From the NCBI RefSeq assembly GCF_964204865.1, contig NC_135263.1:13454001-13518000 (forward strand): DNA of 64,000 nt, read 5' to 3'. Shown piece after piece: positions 41,439-55,000 of the stretch (within the stretch, counting starts at the first letter, position 1; every line of letters begins with the position of its first letter). Position numbers and translations under genes: made by a program. The notes beneath the pieces are model-generated. The model had not been told where the DNA came from and made no database searches. It worked only from the letters and a program-made list of their open reading frames with translations. The DNA comes from Styela clava. Lineage: Eukaryota.

Positions 41439-42687
41439 CAGTGGCGTGCCGAGAAGGGGGCCAAATGGGCAACCGACCCGTGCGGCACGTTGTCGGGGGC
41501 AGCAGAGCCAAGCTATAGAGTTTGCGTTATTACACATGTTTTTTTTTCGATGTGTTTTTTTTTTAATTGGAAGCTGACATTATGTGGTTAGTCTTGTGTG
41601 AATGACTGGATGTTTCTGACTGGAGTCAAGAATGGATGTTTCCCCGACTCTTGCCCCCTGAAAAATTCTTTCTATATATATTTGACAATTGCAACATTTT
41701 GGTGCTTATTTTAAGGGTGGTTCCGCGAGTTAGCGCCTCAAATTAGTTTATATGTTTCAAACTATCATTTTAATTCAAAATATTCAACCCTGGTATTAAA
41801 ATTACCGATAGAAAAGTTTAGCATAGGGCCTTACTCTATCACAGCGTAAATATATACTACTACGATCACATCTATTTCTAGACTAATTTTTGATTACTGC
41901 AATGAAACTATATAATACCGCAAAATAATCATTGAGTTGTTTGATTCGTATCGAAATTTTTGAAACATACCCAAAAACTAACAAATAACATGCAAAAACG
42001 AGGTAATGCTTACAACCATACTAGAAAATATGTCTGTGCGCCTGCTAGAAACAGAGATTTTCCAAAAAAATGATTTTCTTACTTCATTAGTTGGCTGGGA
42101 TGTTTTTCCAACTGCATATTGTGTATTACTCACAATTAATTGGCTATAGCCGCATTACTCAATTGCTAGTTGCGGGCGATCTTTCTCAAAGTTTATTCCG
42201 ATAAAAACATATTCGAGGTCAAGTTTATATTTGATTAGCATCGAAATGAAATTCGAAAGAGGCTCTCGTTCTGACATTTGTCGACAGCAAAGAAGCGATT
42301 GGACATAGAAATAAGTGACTTGGAGTTCGATCTTATACATGTGAATTTGTTGCTCAGTTTGACGAACAAACGTTTCTATCTTAATTGACCTTTGACTTAT
42401 TTGTTCTCATGTGTAACGACGTCTATAATCTGTTTATCCCCCGAATTATATTTGACATTAGGTACGGGCAGTGGTGGGAATCAATTTTTTTGTCAGCCGT
42501 TCCATCATAAAAGTCATATTTTTCGGCTGGTTCTGTTACATGTTTTTTCTAATAATGCTAACCCGTTTGCTGATCTCATAAAATTCCGTGAGACGGTTCT
42601 ATAGAACCGGCTGAATCCCACTACTGGGTAAGGGGCATCATTATCAGAAACTCTCCCCGGGCAGCAGTGAAGTTTGGCACGCCCCTG
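41439..42687. mobile_element. Older hAT-like non-autonomous element containing a nested MITE
   Basis: TIRs CAGTGGCGTGCC / GGCACGCCCCTG. Degenerate 8-bp flanks GCGACGAG and GTGACCAG (6/8). Confidence 0.5.
42469..42626. mobile_element. Short hAT-type MITE of about 158 bp
   Basis: TIRs CAGTGGTGGGA / TCCCACTACTG. 8-bp flanks GGTACGGG and GGTAAGGG (7/8). A second copy lies at 48618-48786. Confidence 0.75.
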
Positions 42688-43287
42688 GTGACCAGCCGCC
42701 ATTCTGCACATACCCACTCCATCCTCTCAAAGCGACACGTTATATTAACATATATATTCAAAAATGCATTGCGTCTACCAATATTGAATGCGATTAATAT
42801 AAGAAAAACATTTGATTAGTCTAAAAGCGATCGAAGAGCACAGTATCTCACACCTCGTCACTTGCAAGAATGCAGCAGGTTGTAAAAATGTATTGCGCAA
42901 GACAATAACATAAAATGTAACCTGAAGCTGAATGCACAGCAAGATATAAACTCCAAAGAGATGATTTGGGATGCATATTTCCATCTTTACCTTCAAACAA
43001 AGGAGGTATAAAGAAATATATTTTCAACCCAGATTTGAAGTTACTATTTAACTTTCAGATATGTCCTAGCCATGAGTTTTCAGGGTGTCTTGGGTTCTGG
43101 AGTGCCAAATGACCATGCTTACTCCAGTCAGGTATAATAGATATCATAACTTATTGGACAAATCTACTTTCCAGTCTATCTGGTCTTAATGTAGTGCTGA
43201 ATATATGAACACTTCGAACAACTGACGATTATCTTGTACCATACTATTGAGATGGCATGACCTTGATAACAGCACTTTTTCTTATCA

Positions 43288-46200
43288 TTATGTTAGAGTC
43301 ACAATCATCCAAGCCAATGAGAGATAAAATAGACAGATAGGATAAACAGCAAGTGCTTTGCGATTCGGAGGTTGACTATCGCCAAGAAATGCTACAGAGG
43401 CTGTAACAGAAAAACATATATTCAGGTCAGTAAACTATATTAGATACATTTAATAACAAGAGAGCACCGCTCAAATATATGAATATGAAGATCAAAACAT
43501 ACTCAATCTGTCATAGTACACTACAGAGTCTTTATAACTTTGCCTGACCACCTGGTAGCAACGAACGCGGGGCCGCCACAAAAATTTTAAAAAAATGTCA
43601 TTTAAAAAAAATGTCGAGAGTTTGGGAAAAATTTTGTGCTAATGGACAAATACCCTACAGATATTCAAACACTTTAGTGGTCATTATTTGAATTTCTCAG
43701 TGATAGTCCTTTCAAAAATTCTGTAAAAAGCCTTTTCATATAAAAGTCAGGAATTTCCAATTATTCAAAGACATTATTTAATCATGAATAAGATTGATCA
43801 ATACTTACCAAATATTGACCATCCATATGCAAGAAAAACAGCTATAAAACGAACAATAAATAATCCAATATTTTGAGAAATAAAATGTACAATAAGCCAG
43901 GAAAAAATAAGTGAAGCGACGAGAGGAAACATACAATACCCAAGAACACACACGCTTTGAAAAAATGATCTGAAAAATATTAAATATAACAGTTTCATAA
44001 TAAACTCAATTTTCAATAATAAACAAGTTGGCAACACCGAAATGTATGAACATGGCACTAGTTGATGGTACATGGTGACGCAATATTTTATTAGCAAAAT
44101 TTGGGTTTAAACAACAGTCTTCAGAGAAAATATACACATGCTTCAAGAGGTTACCACCAATCACTAAAAATTTGCTAGCTATTGTTTCAGCAAATAAGAT
44201 AAGATAAAATCATAGAGGTTTCGGAAAAATGACCTGTAAAATCTGATATATCCAACAAATGCAATAATACACCGAATTGGTTTAAAAAACTGGCAACAAA
44301 TACTTCTGAAGTTGGGTAGTTTGTTAATAAATTTTATTCGACTATTTAATTCATTTTTCTCATGTATGAGTTATTACCCACATATGCAAACCCAACAAAT
44401 GGATTTTATATTCTTTGAATAAATACAGATTTTGTACTCACATTTCACCACCAAGAAGTTGTGAATTTAGTGTGACAACAGCAGCACCGACCCAAATAAC
44501 AACAAATACTTCAGCAAATTGTGGGCCGCCTTCACCAGTCTTTTCATCTGTAGCTTGACCTATGACAATGAGAATCAATTTAAGTATATTTGACAACATA
44601 CTCAGACACGAGCATTTAAGTTTTTAAATATTTTCAAAGAATTTTTTTGCCAAGGAGAGTTTCTGTAGGCTTCTTCTAACAACTTAAGTGATAATATGCA
44701 TTAGATGCATAATTAAATAACTGCAAAATATCAGTAAATTATTATTGGGCGCAGGCCTAGTGCCAGAATAACAATATCGGTTTTAAACGCCATGCCCACT
44801 ACCTCACATAAGGTGCAATAAATTGGGTAAGAAACACCAGACATTCCTGTCCTTCAAAAAATAGTAGCTTCTCCCATATAATAACTCATTACATGTCAGT
44901 GATTGCTTGTACAGGGCTGTGTTTGGAGTGAAAGACGTGAAGAAGCATCGTATAAAATGCTTGTCTCGAATTAGAATAAACATAACATGTTTCAGAGTCT
45001 TTAGTATGTTTGTTATTCTTCTTCTTGTAACCCTACGAAAAAAATCGTTCTTCTCATTCACTATTGGACGAATTGCTTTGAAATTTTAAGTGGTTGAAGA
45101 TTGTATTTTTTGCTGGAAAGCTATTACTTGTATTTGTTTCTAAATTTTATGTGAGATCTGATATTCCATAAAAATGCGCACTATAATTTTGTATTATTTT
45201 ATCATTTCTGTATTAATTATGGGACGTTTTTATGACATTGTGATGGCTGTCTTCCATGTTTTCATGACATTGTGTCTATATATATTTGAGCATCGCTCTC
45301 TTGTCTTATGTACTATCAATTTCAGTACTTACCTTGCAAAAATATTGCCATGAGACAACAGAGTATTAATGGACCCCATAAATCCCCTGGAAAAAAACAA
45401 AATTAGAATAAATTCAATTTAATATTAAACAAATTTTGAATTTGTTATGTAGAGTTAAATTACTTCATCAAGTACATGTATGCATGTTTAATAGTCTCAA
45501 TATAAAACAGCATAAAAAACAATGAACATAGTAATGGTGACAAGATACGTGAACAAGACAATGATGACCTAACCAGGACACAGCTGTGTGACAAGTTCAA
45601 CCTATAAATGTAAATAGCAGTATGAACAGAAAACCCAACACAATGACTTTAGGTTCAGTAGTTAGTTAATGATAGGTTCTTGTTCCAGGCTCTAACATAT
45701 AAAAATTTGAATGGATGAAAGAGAAGACATTCAGCAATAACCAATGTTAGGGTCAGGGTTCCATAAACTGATAAAGGTGGAAATAAGGCTTCCAAGTTAA
45801 CTTGAAAAAGGAAAAATAATAAATCCATAAATATCTTGAAAATTGCAAACTTTCAAATTACGATCTCCCTGACTTTATCATACGTACGTATAAGTTGAAT
45901 GAATATAGATATAGCAACTATTAATAACACATTTCAAAAATACTCACAATCCCTGAGTAAGGTTTTGTCTTTCTTTGGATAAACAACATGGACAAATTTG
46001 CTACCGATAGCTTTGAAATCTCTCATCTAGAAAACAATAATTTTAGAATCAGCATCTGTCATGAAAAAATTGATCTTGTAAGTGTTAGCTAACTGTATTA
46101 GAACAAAAGTTATATAGATTATAATGAAGATGTTGGGACATTTACGGATCTAGGGTGGCTTACCCACTTTGCGGCCACGACCTAATTGCGGCCATCAACT

Positions 46201-47711
46201 TCATCGATCTAATTAATGCCGAAAAAATTAACGAAACGCGACGGCATTTCTCAAACGTTATTGTCCACTTGTCCCATATAGCTCTGCGAAATTACACTAA
46301 AATGCGGCAAAAAAGTTGCGACTGAAAACCCGACCAAAAAAAAAAATGAATCATTTTTTCATGTCGCCATTACCATTGTCCTATTAAAAAATTTGAAAAT
46401 CCATACAAATATAAGAGATAAATAGATGAAACTTGGCAAGGGGGTAGAGTTGTGTTTCTTTTAACCATCTTTAAATTTTCGCATTTCTACATTTAAAGGA
46501 GGGAAAATAGGGGGGTGCGCATTTCCAATACGCCGATAATATCTTTGTCGACCAATTTGCGACCACCGTGTTTTTGTCTGTTTGATTGCTGTGATGCGGT
46601 GCTTTGTATATAACTTGACGAGTTTTGTTCGAAATGACCGTGTTCTTAAAATATATGACTGTCAGAAATGCGATTAGAAGCCCCATTTTTTCACGCATTG
46701 CTGCCTATGCTCTCAAGTGCAGTTTTAAGTATTCTGTGGCATCTGCAGCTGCCGCAAAACCATGGCGGTATTTCCATACCATGGCCGCTACGGCCAAACT
46801 CATGGCAACTGACTTTTTAGCTGTCACAAACCAATGTCGAGCTGCCGTTACCGCGGCAGCAAATTGAAAACCAATGGCAGGTAAAATTTTGCTGCCGTAA
46901 CCACGGCAGGTGGGCCGTAAAGACAGGGCTGTCTATTATGGTGACAAATATTGGGTAAGTTGGAACGTTTTTCTTATGGATACAGTTTTGATTGATTTGG
47001 GGTTAGGGTTAGAGTTTAAGTAGATATAATTCCACATGATCAATTAAAATCTGGTACATTAATTTGTGAATATACAGTTAATACTGATTACTGAATAGCG
47101 CTATAAAACTATGGCAAGAGCTGCCGCGGTTCGTTCGTGGCAGGAGCTGCCATGAAGTGGTAAGAACTGCGCCTCTATGCTCTAGTCTTGACGCAGCAGA
47201 AACGATGTTCAAGGCTTGAAATCCGTGGTCGCACACTGGTCATTCGGTCGCAAATACGTCTCCCGAGTGTCATACTTTGGTGGTTTGTATAGCTTTAACC
47301 CCTGATCGTAGAAAGTTAATTCGAGGTTTAGCGTGTAGAATAAATGCCAATGCACATACTATGAAAAAATTAATGAGTTAGAAATATTGGTTTTTGTTTT
47401 ATAGCGGTTTGAATGAAATCGTCCGCAGACTGGCTACACCTCCCTAAAACATCTGCACATACAAACATAGCTTAGCACTAGAGCAATCATAGATCGCAGA
47501 AATATATATTAATACTTAACTATGTAGTAGCCCATCATTTAAAAATAAAGTGTTAACAGTTACAGCAGTATAGTGAGTTACTCACAAATGTGACTCTAAC
47601 AGGCTCGTCCAATGTTGACAATTCATCTAAATCGTCTTCTGGTTGCTGTATTGGAACTGAAATATCTCCGTCTACAGGATTATCGTAGCTTATTTCCTGA
47701 AAGTCCGACAT
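43288..47711 (-). CDS. YIPF6: Protein YIPF6 (Yip1 domain family member 6), 216 aa
   Basis: Exons in minus-strand order: 47711-47586, 46026-45948, 45386-45333, 44559-44442, 43969-43809, 43400-43288; all phases consistent (651 nt). Translation includes STLDEPVRVTFMRDFKAIGSKFVHVVYP, LLRDWDLWGPLILC, GGPQFAEVFVVIWVGA, ISFFQSVCVLGYC and FLGDSQPPNRKALAVYP, which are hallmark YIPF6 blocks. Confidence 0.93.
44975..45304. mobile_element. Helentron-type family copy in opposite orientation, in YIPF6 intron 3
   Basis: The reverse complement begins ACAAGAGAGCGATGCTCAAATATAT..AGACAC and contains the family core. Another partial head lies at about 43455-43520. Confidence 0.6.
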
Positions 47712-48617
47712 TCTTTATAAATGGCAAGAGAAAAAATATCAATATAACTTTAGCGATCCAAGCACAAAACAGAGCCAAGAGTCAACAAATTGACGTGTTC
47801 GGGTGGTGTCGAGAGTCACCGAATAAAGTAACAAATTTCAGAATGAGGTAATTTTATCTGAAATATCTAATTTTTTATAAAGAATTCATATCTGTGCACA
47901 CAGTTGCTGTTAATTTAGCTCGTGGCATTTGCAACTCTCACAAATATGGATACGTTATCATATCACAGAGAATGTTAACCCTCTATAATCATATCAGAGT
48001 TTTGTTTGTATCCGAGTGACCGAATAAAATTGATTGATTGAGTCATTATATAATGGCTATGATCATATCATGAAAATCGAAGTAGCTATAAGTATAAGTT
48101 TATTTCGACTCCATAATCAGCAAAACAATAAAATGAATGGTAAAAATATATAAATAAAACCTGATTATGAAATCAGGAGAGCGAACAAAACCTTAGATAA
48201 GGTTTAAAACGTACAAAATGTATATAAGATGGAAGGTTTTGCCAAGAAGATGTGGTACGTGTTCACTCACCTAAAATAATGCCAATGAGGCCAATGCCCT
48301 TCGGGTATTTATTTGGTAGCTTATGTAGTTGCATAAATATATCGAAATCAAGTCAAAAGTTTTACCCAACTCCAAGAAACAGACTTCTATACGCTAAATG
48401 CGCAACTGTTCCAACAGAGCTAACTTGGCGCGTCAGATATAAAATACGCCTGGTCGCTGAACACCAAATTTCGTAAATGGAGCGGCTACAACTTCGTTTA
48501 ACATTCGATCCCCTTGTTCCTTCGTGGTAAGCCGCGACTTGTGATGAAATTGTTGAGTCAATTACAATAATTTTCAAAAAGTTTGTCATTTTTAAGCGCC
48601 AACGATAGGCCTACATG

Positions 48618-48786
48618 CAGTGGTCTGATTCAAATTTTTTGTACACCGGTTCCTTCACAAAAGTCATATTTTTTAGCCGGTTCTGTTACAAACATACCAT
48701 TGACAGTAACCAGTAATGCTAACCGGTTCGCTGATCTCATAAAATTCCGTGAGACGGTTCAAAAGAACCGGCTGAATCCCACCACT
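48618..48786. mobile_element. Second copy of the 42469-42626 MITE
   Basis: Shares aaaagtcatatttt...ggttctgttaca...gctgatctcataaaattccgtgagacggttc...gaaccggctgaatcccac. No clear TSD. Confidence 0.7.
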
Positions 48787-51700
48787 CATTGCTACTCATT
48801 TGCACACATATACATACTTTTTTCCCCGTTTCGTTGATGCCATCAAAAAAATACGAGACGCCAACATTCAATAGAAACGCAAAGTATATTACAACACGAG
48901 TATGAGTTTCGAATTTATTTCTCCAGAAGCCATATTACCTATATCGACATCTATTAAAAGGTACTTTAAAACACATTTTGTAGCAAATATTAGTCCACTT
49001 TACTGGAGAAAACTCCCCTTCTGAACAGTAAGACAATGCGCAGCTGAATAAATGAGCAGCTCATTAAATGACAAGATAAAGGCAATATATAGGCACAAAG
49101 TACAGAAATTGAATTGAATTCTTAAAACGATAAGTTTGAGAAGGAAACGACGAATGTTTTTTATATAATGCAGAAAAACTATCCAAAGAGTACATCCATG
49201 CAAGTTACAAAATATGATTTTCGATCTCACAAAGATAGCTGATTAGACAAGTGTTGATGGCAGACCAGTTGAATTTATTTGTTCATCATAATACCATTTG
49301 TAATCAGATCCCTTTTACGTTATACCAGAACTTTGTCATACATGTAATATGAAAAAAAACAAGGCAAGCCATCTTCATATAAGTGCACAATATTTTTTTG
49401 ACAGTAATAAACAGAGTTAGCAACTAAATCTCCATCGAGACATTTATTTCCAGAAAAAGTGTAGTAAAATTTACAACTTCCACAAAATTGTTATCTTTGA
49501 TATTAACATTTGTCGCCACAACAAAATTGACTCATGCCAAATTTTATTTTGCTGAATAATGAAGGATGCAAAGTTGTTGTTGTTGCCTGGCAACTCTATA
49601 TCACTATACTCCTAATAAAAAAAAATCGAACAAAAAAATATATGGCACAATGTTAAATTGAGCACCGAATACTAATGATATATAATATATATATATATAT
49701 ATATAAACAACTAATAGTACCAGATTGTAAAATGCCAAAAATGTTGCATGTAAACATGCAGAATATAAAAAGATGATATCACAATATTTCTAGATTCGAT
49801 TTCTATAGATCTATATACTATACTCTTTATAATGAGAATTTAAAAACTAAATATAGAATTGATCATTAAACAAGCACCAGTCGGTGTAATAATGGATGTA
49901 AGGTAAACATTTCAATTTAATAAAAAGCACCCAGTGATCACTGCTAAAAGTAAACCATGAGGAAAGAAAAAAAATTGTGCGAATAACATGATGGGAGAAG
50001 GGTGAAATTCGAAAGGTGGGAAGATTTACTTCAAAAGTGTCTGGCAGAGCTCACCAGAGACTACGATGTAAACTGACCAAATCTTCACGTTGTATATCAA
50101 AACAAAAGAGTATCACTAGAATAGAAGTCATTTTTTATCGCCGGAATTAATAAAAACTTATCACTGGCAGGAATTCATTGTATCATTCTTTACTTGGTTT
50201 GAAGGGTTGGGGTTTAAACCATGAAAGATGAAATGGGCTCGAGATAAGTATGCACTATCAATTTTTATACTCTTTGGAATAAACAAATATATAACTACTG
50301 TTTAGGATGTTCTACTAGCGTAACAATATAGGCACTGAGAGGTAATGCAAATACAGAAAGTATCAATTCTTTGACTAAGTAAAATATCATTATAAATATT
50401 AACAAAAATTAGATATCACCCAAACTGTTTAGAAGTTTTGGTACAAAGATGCTCAAGAGTCAAGACCTTCAACTGGCCGACTTTACCAATTGGTTTCACT
50501 CAGTGAGATATACACAGACTGCATTGCAATGAAACATATCATCCCACAATGATAAAACTGGATTTGTGATTGTGTCATACATCTTGAATGGTAAAATTGC
50601 AGAAATTATCAAATTATAATAGTGAAGCTTTTGAATAAAAAGGTACACACATCCTAATAAAGGCCACTTGCTGGGAAGTCTCATAAATGGTTATATCATG
50701 ATTTATTGCAAATATTCATTTAGACTTTGAATCTAAATTCGTCAAAAAAAATAGAAATTTGATCTCAATTAACTGTTAACAGGCGGCAGCAATAAATATA
50801 CTATATCTATACATTCTATTCACTATATATCTACTAGTATATTGGTTGATATAACAATATTATTTACGAAAAATTTACTTTACTTTTAAAATATTTTACC
50901 CTGAGAAAAAAACTGCACCTTGGCACATATTAATTGTGCCAATGTTCTGAATACAAAGAAATGGATTGAAGGGAAAAAATGTTTCTATATTTTTCTGTGA
51001 TGGATAATCTGTGCATAACGCACAGAAGCTTAGGATTTCACATTTTTATTTACTTCATCATTTCTATAGTATTCATATAATAAAAAATAGTATGTTTAGT
51101 AGAGAAATCAATGAATTTATACATATAGATGAAAAAGATTCACCATTTATTCCCAAACCAGATATACATAAGGGTTGGCAAGAGTCAAACTGTACTGAAA
51201 TAGTTGGTCTGGCTTATAAAAAGAGTGAATCAAGCAAAAGTATGCAATCAATAAAATGATTTGGCCATCCATCTCAAGGGGATTATCATATCATTAAACC
51301 ACATTCTAAACAATCTTCATGATACTCAAGGTTTAGGAACCTAGGACTGTTTCTAGAACAGACGTTCTCAAAATGTTTAAGGTAAAAGTATCATCAATTT
51401 ATCAAGTCGTATCGAATGGTAATAATGTTTTAAGTGAATAAGGCCTATAAATTGACATTTGATTCAATAAACACATTTGATCATATATGCTATTATTATT
51501 ATCTTCGAACTAATAGGACTAAATTAATTGTAAGAAATTCATTGTAGTTGATAATTTAATTAAAAAGGTCATGATTATGCATTTTAATAAGCAGCAAAAA
51601 TATGTGTGAAGCAAAATGACACAAACAATTTGAATTAAGTAATTCCAGTTTGAATTTTACAAATTTGTAATAGAAAATTTAGAAATCATAAATGTACCAG

Positions 51701-52082
51701 TATAAAAGAAAATAGAGCATCTTGCAATGCAGAGGATTTATAGCAAATTCACACAAAAAAATGACCTAACGATCAATTTAAAAAAGTCTATTTTAATAAG
51801 CACCATAGTATTCGGATATAAGGCAAGACTTCACAATTTAATTGAGCATTGGTTATGATGCAATAAAACATTCATGGAAATCACAATTTGGCATTAAATT
51901 TTTGTTCCTCTGAATAGTAATGATATTCAATTGCAACTTTATTCATTCACATAAAGGCAGCAGCAATATAGAACAATGTCATATTTCTTGAAACGAAAAA
52001 AAAAGTGTAAAAGTTTTTACAGAAAAAGTATGTTGACGAAAATCAAATGCTTGTCTACACCATTTATTCTTGAATGCTGAGA

Positions 52083-55000
52083 TTAATATTTGTAAGTCAG
52101 CCTTTCATTCGACCGGGCAGTATTAATGATGTCGTTCAATTCCATTTCTTCTTGGTATTTGGTATTTTGATAATCTGCTAATTTTCGAGACATCTTAATA
52201 TAGGCAAAATTTGCAGAGAGAGCCATCAGGAAATGTTTCTGAAAATTTTCATAGTTTAGTATGCATCTGCAATATACTATCATTATATCACAAATATCAT
52301 AGAAAATCCATGGACTGTACTCTAACAACATAGTGTGGCAGTGGCATCCAAATCTCTAGAATAAGCGAATGAAGTCAATCAAACTAGACAATTTTGACGC
52401 AATAGTGGATTCGACAAATTGGGCCCATGATGGAACATTTGCAAAAAAATTTGTCAGCGTTTCTTCGCTGTGTTTTGGCAAATAATTGCCAAAAACTAAA
52501 ATCAGGCAATTTTTATGCTTGTTTCAAGTTGATACGAAGTGATCTGATATCTTATTAAAGCCTATAGATTCCTAAATCGTAAAATTTATGGAAAAATATT
52601 ATGAAATTTGAAGATTTAGAAACTTTAGCCAAAATCTGGTAAAAAAAATCCAAATGTCTAGTAAAGCAATAAAATCCATTTTCAGTTTGAAACTGGCAGC
52701 AAAAAATCATGTTCCCGAAATTTATTGTGTTGCTCAAGCTATGCTAAATTTATAAAAACTGCCTTTATGCACATTAGTAATGCATATGCACATATATCTT
52801 AGTGCACTGACAGTCGCTAGATTTCATGATGGGACTGAAAAGCAAAAGATGCCCCCAGGGCATACAGATATAATAAGCATAAATCAATGACAGTTGAGCA
52901 TAGTTCGAAAAATAGTTTTTTTTGCAATTTGTCAAATCGTAATTGCTCAATTGATTTTCAAATGGACTGGAATGGAGTATTTTTAAATAAGTTGTTGATC
53001 AAGCAAGTACCATGAAGTGCCTCCTCCAAAATTGTAATAAAAAAAAAAACTATAAATATTTACAATTACATCAATACCATTCTTTGTAAAAATACCTCTG
53101 TATGACTGACAATGCTTGATTGACCACCCTGTAAAGTTTGTAAATTATTCACCAATAAAACTTGTATCCCTCAAGAATGTGCTGTTGTATTGTCACTTAC
53201 AGTCACGGTTTTATCTACTTTATTTGCTAAAGTAAAACAGTATCCTGAAACTATAAACTTTGACAAACCACCAAACCATTTTCACTTTTACAAAGTAAAT
53301 ATGCATGAAGGGAAACCTATCAGAAAATCAAGTTCGATAAATAATTATCAAGGACTCACCAAGCTTAAGACAACTATGCATGATCCAGCAAATGCAATCA
53401 AAAACATCTGATATGTTAATGTGTACTGAAAACAAATATATATTAGTTTGTTTAGTTTTTGGTACTTTCCTTTTGTTAACAGTTTGGCAAATTTTTATAT
53501 CTTCCTCTAAAACTGATAGTTCCAGTTTCTTCTTTCAACTACGTAGAGATTGGTTGGAACAAATTGATTTATTATATTACAGAAATCAGTATAGTACATT
53601 GACTCACAATTTTACAATTTTATAAAGAAGGTTTATGCATTTGGATACAAAATTTTATAATCTATAGAATGAACAAGGCACATTTTTTTTATCGTTTTGA
53701 ATTAAAACTCAGTTTTAGTTAACTGTACCAATTTCCATTTTTTGGATTAGGCTTTAAACAGATTTTCCCATCATTTTGGTTTATCTCAAATCTTTATACT
53801 GCACTTCTTAAAAATATTAGTTGAATTGTATCGTGGCACTTACATCATTACTGTCACAGACAGTTTTCAAGTTTTCCCCACAAAGTTTGCCATAGTTTTC
53901 AGGAGCATTTTGGTAAGGCATCAGTCCTGAATATAATATATACATGTTGTCTTAGGTAAATTACAAAATTTTATTACTTACACTTTTGTCTGGTACAATG
54001 CTCTACAAACAGCTGTCAGGTATAGATGGAATTAAACCCTTTCTTTGAATATCTCATAATGTGGTGTAATTTACTCTTAAACTTGCCTTTAGCAGAAGAT
54101 TCTTCCTCTGCATATTTCCCAAATTCAAAACATTCGTTAAAAACTTCTTTTTATGAACATATATACCCAGTAATATATATATGGTAAATCATAATCAAAT
54201 GAGACAAATTATTAGAATTCAGAATATTGAAAACAAAACGTTGTTGGAGTAGGTCTATATGACAAATTGACAATACTACGGTATATATCAATATTACTTA
54301 TGAATACTTACTTTATGAACGGTAATATGTGCCTTTGAAGCAAAACCTTACCAAATCGCATTCAAAAAAGCAATAAAAATTTTGTGATTTTAATCAGAAA
54401 TATGTGAATCTCTCAAATTAATAAGTATTAAATAATATCTGCACATTCCTCATTTAAAATATTATATGACATATTATATAATTTTAATTTACAGTATTAT
54501 TACTGAAATTGAATTATTCCATGGCAACAGCACCCAAATATGGACCCTGTTGCATTAAAATTGCACTAAGGATATGCATATGAGAAAAAAATTCTATTAA
54601 TTAACTATGAAATGCTGTTACATGCTGAAATTTGAATATCAAGTATAGGAATAGTTACGAAAAATTTATACCTGCTTGGACGAAATCAATACATACTCCA
54701 GTAATGTTTGAACTTGGTTGATCCAAAACAATACCACATTGTGTATTTGACACTTGAAAAAAGTAGATAGGTAAACCAGCAAACACAGACATTAACAACC
54801 AAGCCACAGATGTGAGGTATGTTATCACAGAATACTGAAAATGGGAAAGATATAAAATTTTTGCTGTGAATATATGACAGAATCCAACCAGCTTCTATGA
54901 GCCTGTTTTTTAGACTCTGAAATTGTCATACCAAGGGTTGTGTATTACTTGAAGATAGCCTAAACGAAAAATGTCCATTTGGAATTGTTTCATGATAATT

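Noticed and set aside
48270-48335. Possible extra coding first exon of YIPF6 (MQLHKLPNKYPKG...)
   Set aside because: Its phase does not join the downstream YIPF6 frame, and the compatible frame contains a stop. It is at most a UTR exon.
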